This document shows, piece after piece, positions 22,350 to 34,087 of a DNA stretch of 64,000 nucleotides. The notes under the pieces are model-generated. The model ran no database searches. It was not told the DNA's origin and was given only the letters and a program-made list of their open reading frames with translations. The stretch is from Azolla caroliniana. Taxonomy: Eukaryota; Plantae; Polypodiophyta. The position numbers and the translations under genes are program-made. How positions within the stretch are numbered: the first letter of the stretch is position 1; every line of letters starts with the position of its first letter. Where the stretch lies: positions 5,394,001-5,458,000 of the forward strand of contig JBHGNT010000018.1 of assembly GCA_043228905.1 (NCBI GenBank), given 5' to 3'.

Positions 22350-25184
22350 GTTGTAATAACCCATATGGTCGATGTTGTGGAATCTTTGACCGACAACACA
22401 CATCAAAACTACGAACATAATCTTCAACAAACTCTCGAAGGTGAGGCCACCTATAGTTTCGAGAAACTAGCTCCAAAGTTTTGTGGATTCCAAAGTGCCC
22501 AGCCATTGGGTTGTCGTGACAATATTGCATTACTTGAAGTCGAGATGAACCATTTGGGACATACAAAAGAGTGTTGCGTAAAAGTAAACCATTATCCCAT
22601 TTAAATTGGTTATAATCTTTACGAGGATTCTTGGAGCTTGAAGAAGAAGCGCAATCTGAAATTATATGATTCAATACATCTTGAGCAAATTCATCAAAAA
22701 TGATATCTGTTCGGATTGAATCAAGAAGACTTGAATCTTCATATGCTTGAGAGGCATTAATAGTTAATAGTCATAACCGATTAGGCCCCAAGACGATTTG
22801 TTTTTGATGATCAAATGTGGGTTCTCCTGGTTGTGGAGCCAAATAAGATCATTGTGAGAGAGTATCGGCCTTTCCTTGTTGAACTCCTGGGCGATATGTG
22901 ATAACGAAGTCAAAATGCGTTAGAAACTGTGCCCAACGAGCTTGGCGGCGACTCAAGACTCTAACACTTTGAAAGTATGTGAGGTTTTTATGATCATTGT
23001 AAACAATGATTTGGTGGGGAGAACATTCTAAGAAATATCTCCACTGTTCAAACGAGTCTATAATGGCTAGAAGCTCTTTGTCGTGAATCTCGTAATTGAT
23101 CTCTACAACTTCGAATTTGCGTGAATGCAAAGCAATTGATGTAGCTTCCCATGATCTCCTGTCTATGACAAGATACTTCCTAGTGCAAAATCAGACGCAT
23201 CCACCTCGATGATAAACAATTTTTCTAGGTCAGCATGAAGTAGAATTGGAGCAGAAGTGAATGCGCTCTTTAGGCTTTCAAAAGCATTGGTTGCACTAGA
23301 ACTCCATGTGAATGACTTGTTCTTTTGTGTAAGCTTTGTGAGAGGCATCACAATGTTTGAATAATTCTTGATAAATTTGCAATAAAAATTTGCAAATCCT
23401 AAGAAACATTGAACATCACGCACTGAACGAGGTGGTTGCCAGTTTAGAATTGTCTGAACCTTAGATGGATCCATAGATATACCTTGTTGTGAAACCACAT
23501 ACCCCAAAAACTCCACGTGGTTTTGATCAAAGCTACATTTCTCAAGTTTGGCATAGAGCCCATATTCTTGTAAGCATTGGAAGACTTGGCGGACATGTAT
23601 GTCATGCTCTTCTTGAGTTTTTGAGTAGATCAAGATTTCATCAAGATATACTATGGTGAATGAATCCAAAAAATCGCGGAAAATATCATTCGCCATGTGT
23701 TGAAAAACCGCGAGCGCATTCATGAGACCAAAAGGCATAACTATGTACTCGAAATGTCCGTATTGAGTACGGAATGCTATCTTCCATTCATCTCTTGGAC
23801 GTATCCGAACAAGGTTATATGCACCTCGAAGATCTAGCTTCGTGAAAACTTTCGCTCCACTAAGATGCTCTAGTAAACTCGAAATCAAGGGTAGAGCATA
23901 TCTATTTCGAACTGTGATTTTGTTTAGACCTCGATAGTCCACGACCAGTCGTAGAGATCCATCTTTCTTCTTGACAAAGAAGATGGGTGCACCAACAAGG
24001 CTTGTAGAATGTCGAATGAATCCATTTGCTAAGTGCTCGTCTATATACTCTCGAAGGGCCTTGAGTTCGGAAGGTGATAGATTATATATTGGGCCCCATG
24101 GTGGCTCTTTCCCAAGTTGTAGATCGATAGGTCAATCATAAGGCCGATGGTTTGGGAGAGAACTAGCTTTAGCTTTGTTGAAGATGTCTTCAAAATCCAA
24201 GTACTTGGTAGGGAGGGGAGTACTTGCCCCTTGTGAGCTAGAGGATGGGTTTGCTATTACTGCAAAGACAAACATTTCATTTGTTTGCCCGTCTTCTCGT
24301 AATTTTTGTAGAGAGATGATCTAACTAGAGAATTGGAATGAAGATTCTCACTAATACTTACTTGATTTACTTGTCGTTTTGGCCTATGTGGGCATGTGAT
24401 CACAATGTGTCCTGAACCACCACAATACAAACATAGACGGTTTGCTCGATGTCTTTGCTTCTCAGCTTCAGATAAAGGCCCTCGACGACGTGTTACATCG
24501 AACTCCATTGGACTTGGACCACCTGATGGAATCATGTGTGAAGTTTGGGTAGTGCTCATAGGTGTCGAGGCTACTACCGAAGCATATGTTTGATTCGTTC
24601 TTGGTCATGACATTAATTGACGCTCCGAACGTCGCTCGAATAAGCGGTTGTCACATCGCACTGCACGACTTACCGCTTCTGTAAGTGATCTTGGATCTTC
24701 ATGAAAAGTGAATAGCAAATCCTTTACATCACTTCTTAGTCCATAGCGAAATTGATCCATTAAGGCTTCTTCATCCCACGGAATATCACAAGCTAGGAGG
24801 CAGAAATCTGTGGCATAGGCAGAGGCAGGACGGTCCCCTTGACGCAGTCTTCGAATCTTGTTAATCGCTGTTCTAACACTATCAGTGTCTCCAAAGTTTG
24901 CTTGAAATTCTCTAATAAAACCTTCGAAGTCTTGGAGAAGAGGAGACTTCTTTTCTAGTAGTGGTGCAAACCACGCTAATGCAATTCCTGTTAAGAGGGT
25001 CCCAACTAGTCCAACTTCAGGTGCATCAGTCAAATACCTATTAGGGTGCATATAAATTACTAGATGTACTTGGTTTAGAAACCCTCAAAACTATGATCGA
25101 TTACCATCGAACTTCCCAGGCAAACAAATCTTCGGTTCTTTGGGAGAGGTTTGTTGCATTGAAGCTTGTTGATGAAGAGACCAC

Positions 25185-25847
25185 TGTCGTGATGTGGCGT
25201 GTTTAATGCGAGAAAAAGTGAAAAATTGAGGATACATGCACATTACACAAATACTTGTAAAAATGAAAATAATAATAAATAAACCTAGGACATGATGGCA
25301 CTGAGTGCATATTGAGGGTTGCAAGTAAGATTTGAACCTTGCATGTCTAAGATAAGAAACAATGATCATACCACTAAATCTACTACTACATGCTTTACAT
25401 TTTGTATATTTTCTTTTCATATTCAGTATTTCATAGGTAGCAAACAATCAAAACCGTGTACACAAAACCATGGTTTTTAGCCCATGGTTTTGTGCATGTC
25501 ATAAGAAAAACCATGTGCACAAAACCATGGTTAGCCCATGGTTTTGTGCATGAGACAAGCATGGAGAGACCTATAAAAGCCTCTAGTAAGGGTTGTGTAA
25601 GGGGGGGCTCAATAGGTGATAATCACCACCGTCTTCATCATCATCAATATAAAATTCTTCTTATAATTATACTTCTATTGTTCATCTTCTTTCATCTTTG
25701 ATACTTCGTATTGTACTTCTTATAATCATCAATCTTTTGATCTTGTCAAGGGTAACATTGTTTCTCAATAACTTGGTAAACGTCCTCCCTGGTCAGAGAC
25801 CCCGGTGGTCCCGTTCGAGTGACACACGCACGCGCATCTTCGCGACA
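25185..25847 (+). mobile_element. Solo LTR (663 bp) inserted in the gag of B
   Basis: Termini TGTCGTGA...TCGCGACA; 4-bp TSD CCAC/CCGC; removing it restores the gag frame (QLETTLR-SLHQQA); TATA CTATAAAAG near 25571; AAAACCATGG..CCATGGTTTT repeats at 25455-25550. Confidence 0.85.
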
Positions 25848-26099
25848 CCGCAATGTTGTTTCGAGTTGCGATACACGTGTCGATAACTCATCATATTGTT
25901 GTGCCTTTTCTATGCTTACTTGTTGCAAATCTCCAAGCAATCGTTGATTCTCTTGTTCTAACGCCACAAACTTATTTGCGAGATGCTCTAGTTCAGAGAC
26001 GACTCGAACATACTCTTGCTTGCTAACTGACTCCATGGAGAGGATAACATTTGGCAATATTCTCAAGGAGAAGGAAGGAAGGAGAAGAGAGTGAAAGAG

Positions 26100-26146
<47 letters not shown>

Positions 26147-26725
26147 AAGGAAGAAAGAGAGAAGGTAGGAAAATTCTGGTTCAAACTGTCAAGGCCAAAG
26201 TTAGGAACGAGTTTTAAAATGAAGACAAGAATGAGAATGTTAACTCTTCGGGCCGGACAATGGCCTAACACAGGGTGTCTACGTGAGACACTTCACCAAA
26301 GGGTGTTACGACAACCGGATTAGACTTCAACGCTTAATCCGACTTAGTTAAGTTACTTATTAGGATCGTCTTTCATAACACGCGTAAGATATAACAATTA
26401 AGACAGAACGGCAATTAACACAGAGAGATAACAACGCTTAAGCTTTCATTAATAAACCGCCCTCTATCACATTGTATCCGGGCCTTTAAATAGGTTTCCG
26501 GTCTATATTACAAAACGGTGCCATCCGCACCTGTTCGGGATTGGTCCGGATCTGGAACGGCATACCGATTCCGGTCCGTCCGTCCACACTCATAGCTTAA
26601 TTACAACCACATTCCTACTACTTAATTAGCTCTCCGTTTCCCACTCTGGACTCCTTTGCTGGCCGGTAACACCTGGCACGCCCGTGGGACAGTACCTTGT
26701 ACGTCGAATCCACAACCGACCCTTG

Positions 26726-29500
26726 CTATTCTTCGTCCAAAATGTCCAGAATGATTTGTTCGAGAGGCTCCAATGGTTCATCTGGAAGTGGTTGTTGTTG
26801 TTGTTGCTGTTGCTGCTCTGTTGCTGTCTGCTGCGGTTGATCCGTTGGTGGTTGCTGCGGCTGCTCCTCCGTTTGTGGCTCTGACACCGGCGTCTCCGTC
26901 GTTGCTCCCTGCGTCGTAGTGGTCTCCGGTTGACTGGTTCCCGGCTGGCCCTCAGCCGGCGACGGTTCCTCATCACTAAGGTTAACCGTTGTCGCTTCCC
27001 GTGCTTTTTCTTCCCGTACCCGGGACCGCTCGTAGCTTTCAAACTGGATTTGAGCGTCCAGCCTATCATCGTCCAGCTGAGCTACGAGCTGCCTGACCTG
27101 CACCAGCTATTCATCTGCCAGGACTTGGAAGTCGTCGGCCAGCTCGTCCTGTATGGCGGTGAAGTCCTCGGAAGTCAACGTATAATAGTCATCTCCTTCC
27201 TTCCGCCAGTTTGCCACATCCGTCCGTAGCAACTGGAGTTCCACCGCGTTTTGTGCCCACTTTGTCCACCATTTTACGGAGCTTTCATCAATCAAGTGTT
27301 TCGTCTGATTCAGCCATGCCCGGAGGATGGATTGAATCCGGCTCGTTCCCAATTGCGATTTGGTTTCCGCCGCTTGCCGTTCCTCCTTCAGTTGTTTGAT
27401 GATTTTGACGTTGTCCTCCGCCTGCGTCTTGTAATGCGTCAATTGCCTTTGATATGTACTTTGTAATTTCTGCAATACTGTTGACGCTCTCTCTTTGTCT
27501 TCCTGCTGCTACCTCTGGAGCTCCATCCGGACCTTCTCCGCCTCTTCCAAGCGTCTTGTATTTTCCGCCCGTTCGTCGGCGATCGCCGTCGCGGCCCGAT
27601 CAACTGCCTGCTGGAGCTCGGCCATCCGTTCTTTATGCTCCGTTTCCAGCCGTTTGTAGTCCCGGTGCAGGTGCTCAAAATCATCCGTCTTTTGCTTGAG
27701 CCGTGCGTTGATCTGACGACGGGCGTGGTCCTCGCGGTCCTTCTGCTGGCAGAGCTCTTCCTTTAGCCGTTCAATCTCTGTTTCCGCCGTTTTCCGCAGC
27801 TTGTCCTTTTCCTGCAGCACTTTGTCTTTCTCCTCCTTTAGCCGGTCGTACGCTTGATGGCCTTTCCGAAGGCTCTCCTCTGCCCGGCGGAGGTTCTCAG
27901 CAGTCTTCTTTAATTCGGCTTCGGCCGCCGTCTTCAATTCTCGTTCACGGCTCCTTAGCGCTTCTTGTGCGGCAAGTTCCTCTTTCAATTCCGCAAGCTC
28001 CCGAGCTTGCGCCGTATCTCTCGCCGGAACGGTTTCCGTTGCCGGGGTCCTATTGCTATACAGATCGTTCCGTTTCTTTATTCTGTACACTTATCGGAGT
28101 CACTGGTGATTGGATCCGTATTTTGGCCATCTCTGTCGTGACCTGATCCAAATCTTTTTCAAGGCACTGGATTCTGGACCGGGCTGTCTCTAGTTGTTCG
28201 GTTGTGACGAGCAACCGTTCGCTTTGCGCTCTTTCTTCCGCCTCTATATACCCCACTGCTCCGGCTATCTGTTCGCCTATCCACCGGAGCCACAGGCTAC
28301 CGGTGCCTTGTTGTGCTTGTACGGAGGTTTGATAGATGGGCTCACTTGTAGAGGGGTGGTCCCGCCTGGTTGCGCAGAGTTGCAGTTCCTTTTCTACCCG
28401 TGGACCATCCTGCTGTCATGGTTCCCCTTGCGCTTCTTCTTGGCTGACCGAGGGAGGCTGCAGTGACCTTTTCGGCTCTGGCGGGATGGGATTTGTCGGT
28501 GTTGCCGATGGTGCCGGGGCTTCTGTTTCTGGTGCCATCTGCACAGGTTCCGGTTCCTTCCTTGGCGTCGGAGTCTCAGTATGGGTAGCCGGTGTTCCCT
28601 CTATCTGAGGGTCCGAACGTTTCCCGGCTGCCTCAACGGTCCTTGCCGACGACCGTCACTGGAGGTGCTCCGTAGGCTCCTCCTCTATTTCCTCCTCCTG
28701 AGCTCCGGCATTGAGTTTTGCCGCCAAGGGGTCCGCTTCTCGATTCACCGGTCGGCGGAGTGTGACCTTTACAGGCCGTGCCAGTGGTTCCTCCTGCGCC
28801 TCCGTTGGGCGCTTCCGGCAACCGCTTCCTGTTGCCGCCTGTTCTGCATCCGCCGCCTTTCCCTTAGTGGCTTCGAGGCCAACAGTTGTTGCCGTTTGGA
28901 AGCCGTCCTTGATGTGCTGTCCGGCACTCTTCCTCGCTTCTTGGGCTGGACGGTCTAAACGGGTGGCACCAGCAAGGTGAGCCACTGCGTTACGGCGTGC
29001 CATATCCTTCGTCCGTCTCGGCCTTCTTTGTCGTCTTTGCCTCTGACGATCTCGATCGCCACACACAACCCGTCTGCAATCAATACCGGCCAATCCACCT
29101 TGATCCCTTCATAGGTGGCGATGATCATCCCTGCCCGGTTCTGCGGCATGACAGGGGGTCTAGGGTATACGTGGCCGTATTCATGGAGCACACGAGCAAT
29201 TTCGCGGAACAACATATCTCCGCCGCCCTGTGTCCAGTAGCCCTTGCTGGCTAGAGAGTACTCACCAAAATACCTGATGAGTTGCTCCGGGGTTGGATTG
29301 TCGATCGTGAGTATGCCTCCCTCCAGAAGGCCTGTTAACGCTCAAATCGCCTCTGCCGTTATGACCTCTGTATCGATTTCCTTGATCACTTTGTCGGCTT
29401 CTTTGTGTGGCGGTACTTCCATCATCATCAAGAAGCCCTCGAGCCCATGTTGCTTTAGCCATGTCTTGGCGGCTTCCAACAACGTTTGCGGGTCCATCTC
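26726..29500 (-). pseudogene. Extra (env-position) ORF of element E, frameshifted: globular N-terminus, Pro-rich linker, long coiled coil, Gln-rich tail
   Basis: Same-strand ORF fragments 29342-29719, 28955-29215, 28056-28256, 27509-28090, 27107-27475, 26726-27103 between integrase and 3' LTR; heptad-rich E/K/R segments. Confidence 0.75.
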
Positions 29501-32500
29501 TGTGTCGGGGTCAGATTGCGGTGACGAGGATGGATGGTGATGAGAACGGGGTTGAGAAAGAGAGAGTTCAGAAGGCGGGGGTTCTCTGTGCGCAGGTTCT
29601 CGTCTGATGATCTTGCAACGTTTCGGTGCTTCTGTGCTCCTGGGTTCGCGAAAGTAGAGGGTCTCTACGCGCAATGGTTTTTGTCTGTGCATTCTAGCGC
29701 CTTTTTCGAGTTTGTGCATGTCGCGTACTTAAAATAGCATTATGTCCTGTGGTGGCGCTTTAAATGCCCACTACGTACCTTTTCGCTCCACGCTCTTTCA
29801 TCCATTCATTCCTCGCTTTTGCATGATTGGTTTTTTTTTTTTTTTTTCAGTTATTATTATTATTAGTGTCACGTCACATGTCCGTTGGTCCTCCCGGACC
29901 CTTACCGGCCTCATTCTCTCCGGTTCCCGGCTTGCCGTCTCTGCCGTCTTGGTGGTTGCCGTCGGTCCTTTGCTCAAACGGGTTCTTAGGCATCGGTCCT
30001 CTATATGCCTTTAACCGGAATCCGTTGACCCATTTGCCCAGCACTTCGCCGGCAAGTGTCCCCAACTGGTAGGACCCATTATACTCCCATGTTAGCCAAT
30101 ATGGTCCGGTCCATCTAAACCTTGGTTTACCCGGCATCTTGCCCATCCGGGCTTGGAATACTAACACCGGTTTGCCGATTGCAAACATTTTTTCGTTACC
30201 TTTCCTGTGCCGGTCGACGAATGCTTTCCGTCGCCGTTGCTTCAATTCTAAATGTAGGATGCTGGCCAACCGTTGTTCCTCCAACTCACACAGCGCTGTC
30301 AACCTTATTGTCTCCGACTCCTTCTCGTTCAGCCGTTCTCGTAGCTAGATCCGTAAGCTAGGTACTTGAAATTTTACTGGCATGACCGCCTCGAGTCCGA
30401 ACGCCAACCGGAACGGTGTTGTTCGGATGCTCGTTTTGTATGCCGTCCGGTATGCCCAAAGCGCGCTATGTAGCTTTGTGTCCCAATCCGTCCGGTTCTC
30501 GTTGACGATCTTCCGAAGGATGTTCTGGAGCGTCTTGTTTGTTGATTCCACTAATCCGTTCGCCTGTGGATAGTAAGGTGTGCTTCGTTTGTGGACCACG
30601 ACATAGAAGGTCGTTAGGTTTTCCACTACTTGTCCGAGAAAGTGCCCCCCTTGGTCACTTATCAATTCAATGGGGCATCCGTAACGACACCAGATGTACT
30701 CATATAGAAACTTTGCCGTTGACGCAGCGGTGTTATCCCGTAAAGCTTTGGCCTCCACCCATTTCGTGCAGTAATCCGTAGCAACGATAACGTACCGATT
30801 ACCCGTTCTCATTGCCGGTGGCTTGAACGGTCCTACAAAGTCCAGCCCCCACTTTTGGAATGGCTTGAGTGGTAGTACCGGCTGGTGTGGCATACGAGCC
30901 TGCTCCGTTGGCTGGCCCATTCTCTGGCATAGGTCACATTCTTTTGCGTACCGTACCGCATCTCTTAATGTCGTTGGCCACCATAGGCCACTTTGCCATA
31001 TTTTTCTGGCGGTCGCATCTCCGGCATAGTGACCTCCGGCAACTCCGCAGTGGGCTTCCCTCAGTATCAGTTCCTTTTCATCGTTGCGCACCGCCCGTCT
31101 CCATATGCCATCAGCGCCCTTGTGGTACAGTGTGTCTTGCAGTAAGCAGAAATGTCGGCTTTGTACCGCCAGGCGTTTCCGGTCGTCCCGGTTCAGCTCT
31201 TCCGGAGGCAGTCGTGTGCTCAGAAACTGGTGCATATTTGTGAGCCACTTGTTTTCCTGGGCCACTGTCTCATCTGTTGTCGTCTCCGTAGTGACTCGAA
31301 ACAGCTCCGCATCCGAAAACTCATCCGGTACTCCGTCACCCGTCTCTCCGGACTCTAATCGTCTAATCGGCTTAAGTAATCCGCTACGACATGCTGTATA
31401 CCAGGTCGGTGGAATATTTCAAACTCGAACTCCTGTAACAATAAGGTCCACCGGGCCAATTTGCCGGTGAGTGACGCTTTGGACACCAGGTAAAGGAGTG
31501 TCGAATGATCTACATGGAAGGAAAACTTCCTCCCCAATAAATAGTGCCGAAACTTTGTCACACTGTAGATCATTCCTAGAGCTTCCCGTTCCGTAGTAGA
31601 GTAGTTCCGTTCTGCTTGGGATAGCTTCTGGTTGGCATAGTACACTGGCTGGTACCACTTTGGTTTCGTAAGCTGCATCAGTACGCTTCCGATTGCGATG
31701 TTGGAGGCGTCCACGAACACGTGAAATTCTTTACTCCAATCTGGAGGTTGTACTACCGGTGCCTGCGACAATAGTACCTTGAGGGCCTTATACGCCCTAT
31801 CCTCAGTATCGGTCCACTGGAATGGGGTCCGATGTACGACGGCATGCAACGGTGTAGCCAGGTCGGCCAAGTATCGGAGCATCCGGCTGTGCCACCGGAT
31901 CTGGCCTAAGAACCGGCTCAATGCCTTTGCCGTTCCCGGCGCCGATGCTTCTAATATGGCTTTCACTTTGTCCGGGTCGACTGCAATACCTTCTTGGCTC
32001 ACGATATGTCCTAATAAAGTTCCACTGGACACGCCAAATACACACTTTGCCGGATTCAAGCTTAGCCGATACGCTCTACACTTTTCTAAACAAAGACGGA
32101 GGTGCTGAAAATGGTCCTCCTCCCGGCTATAGACGGCGAAATCTGCATAAAAGCCAGTATATATTCACCAAAGATTTCCATGATGATTCGTTGAAACGTT
32201 GCCGGTGCCGTTTTGAGTCCGAACATCATCACCACGGCCACAAACACCCCCCATTCGGTGACGAATGCCGTTTTCTCCTGGTCGTCGGGGTGCATCCGGA
32301 TCTGATTATACCCACTGAATCCATCTAGGAAGCTATAGACCTCATGGACGGCGACGGCATCCAACACTCCATCTGTGAACGGAAGTGGAAACGCATCCGT
32401 TACCGTAGCCGCATTGAGTTTCCGGTAGTCCACGCAAACTCGAATTTTTCCGTTCTTCTTCGGTACGACTACGATGGGGCTCAGCCATGTCGCTTTCTTT

Positions 32501-33759
32501 ACCGAACGGATAAAGCCAACTCTTAGCAGTTTGTCGATTTCTTCCTTGACCTTGGCAGCATAATTGGGATTCATCCGGTACCGTCTTTGTGCCACTGGTT
32601 TTGCGTCCTTGCTCAAGTGCACTTGATGCTGGTATAACTGAGGGTCGAGTCCTCGCATATCTTCGTATGACTAGGCGAACACATCCCGGAATTCCGTGAG
32701 AAGTGTTATCATCGCCGTTTTGTCTTCGGACTTCATCTCCTTGGCGATGTGCACCGGTTTTGCTTCGTCCGTGGTGCCTAAATTCACCTCTTCCAGTTGC
32801 GATGCTTTTACGCGCTATGAAACGGCCATTTCCCGTTCCAACGCTTCCTGCGCTTGCCGTAACTCCCGGATTGCGTCTTTATCCGGTTCTGTTTCCGCCT
32901 CTTCCGGTTGCGGTAAGTATGGTGCTACGGCTTCGGTAATGTCAATTTCGAAGAGGGGTATGATCTTCGGGTTTTCCTGCAGGTATTGAGCTTCTTCTTC
33001 GTCCGCTAACCCTTCTAGCATGTTGACGCATTCCGCATACAACGGTGTACATTCCTTGCCAGTGCTCGTCCTTGGCTGTGTTGGTACCCGTACCTTGGCT
33101 TTTCCTCGCCGGAAGGTAATTATATTTTTTCGCCAATTCTGTTTGATATGTGCCGTTTTCAACCATGGCCGCCCCAACAATAGCGGGTGTGCGCCTTGTG
33201 CCTGTAATTGTAGCACTACGGCCGACATGTGAAATGTATGCCCGCCGACGGTGACTTCTAATTTCCGTATTAATCCTGTCGGCCGCACTGAGCTTGTATC
33301 GTCCATCCGCAACCAGAACGGACACGGCTCCCACTCGTGGATTCCTAGGTCCTCACACATTCGGAGGCTTATTACATTTACCCCAGAGCCTCCGTCTATA
33401 ATTGTGCCGGGGAGTTCTTTCCCTTTTACAATGGCAGTGATTACCGGACTGCTGGTGTCTACCACTGTTGGTCCCTCCTCCGGATTCGAGAAGAGTACCG
33501 GTGCCGGTGATGGTTCTCCTGCCGTCATGGCCGTCTTCAGTCCTTCCGTGAATCTTGGCACGAGTTGTAGGCGTCTTCCTAGTGGTAACGTAATCTGGCA
33601 TTCTTGCAACGCCTGCCATGTCTCGTTCTTGGAGTGACTACCGCCGGCAAGCCCTGTGTCATGAACAGTACTGAGACAGAGAAGGAATCAGTACTAAACG
33701 AAGGATTAGTACTACGAGAGGTGTGAACTTCTTCGAGAGAAGGGAGAAGTGAGTGAGAC

Positions 33760-33798
<39 letters not shown>

Positions 33799-34087
33799 GA
33801 TGATAAGAAAGATATTTATTATATGAAGAGAATATACAACGGCGGCTAAAAGGCTTAAGACTGGCGTTGAACCAATTTGGTTCAACATAATGCCTAGTGC
33901 CCTCTTTTATAGTGTTTTCAGGAGTAATCCTGAAGCTTCTAGAATGTTCCAGAGAAATCTGGAATATACACTAATTTCCTATAATAAAATGTAAATGAAA
34001 ATAATATCCTACGTATTACAATAAATGTTCTAATGGTCAAGAGCTCGACCCATATAACCTAAGGTCATGGGTTCGAGTCTTGCCATA

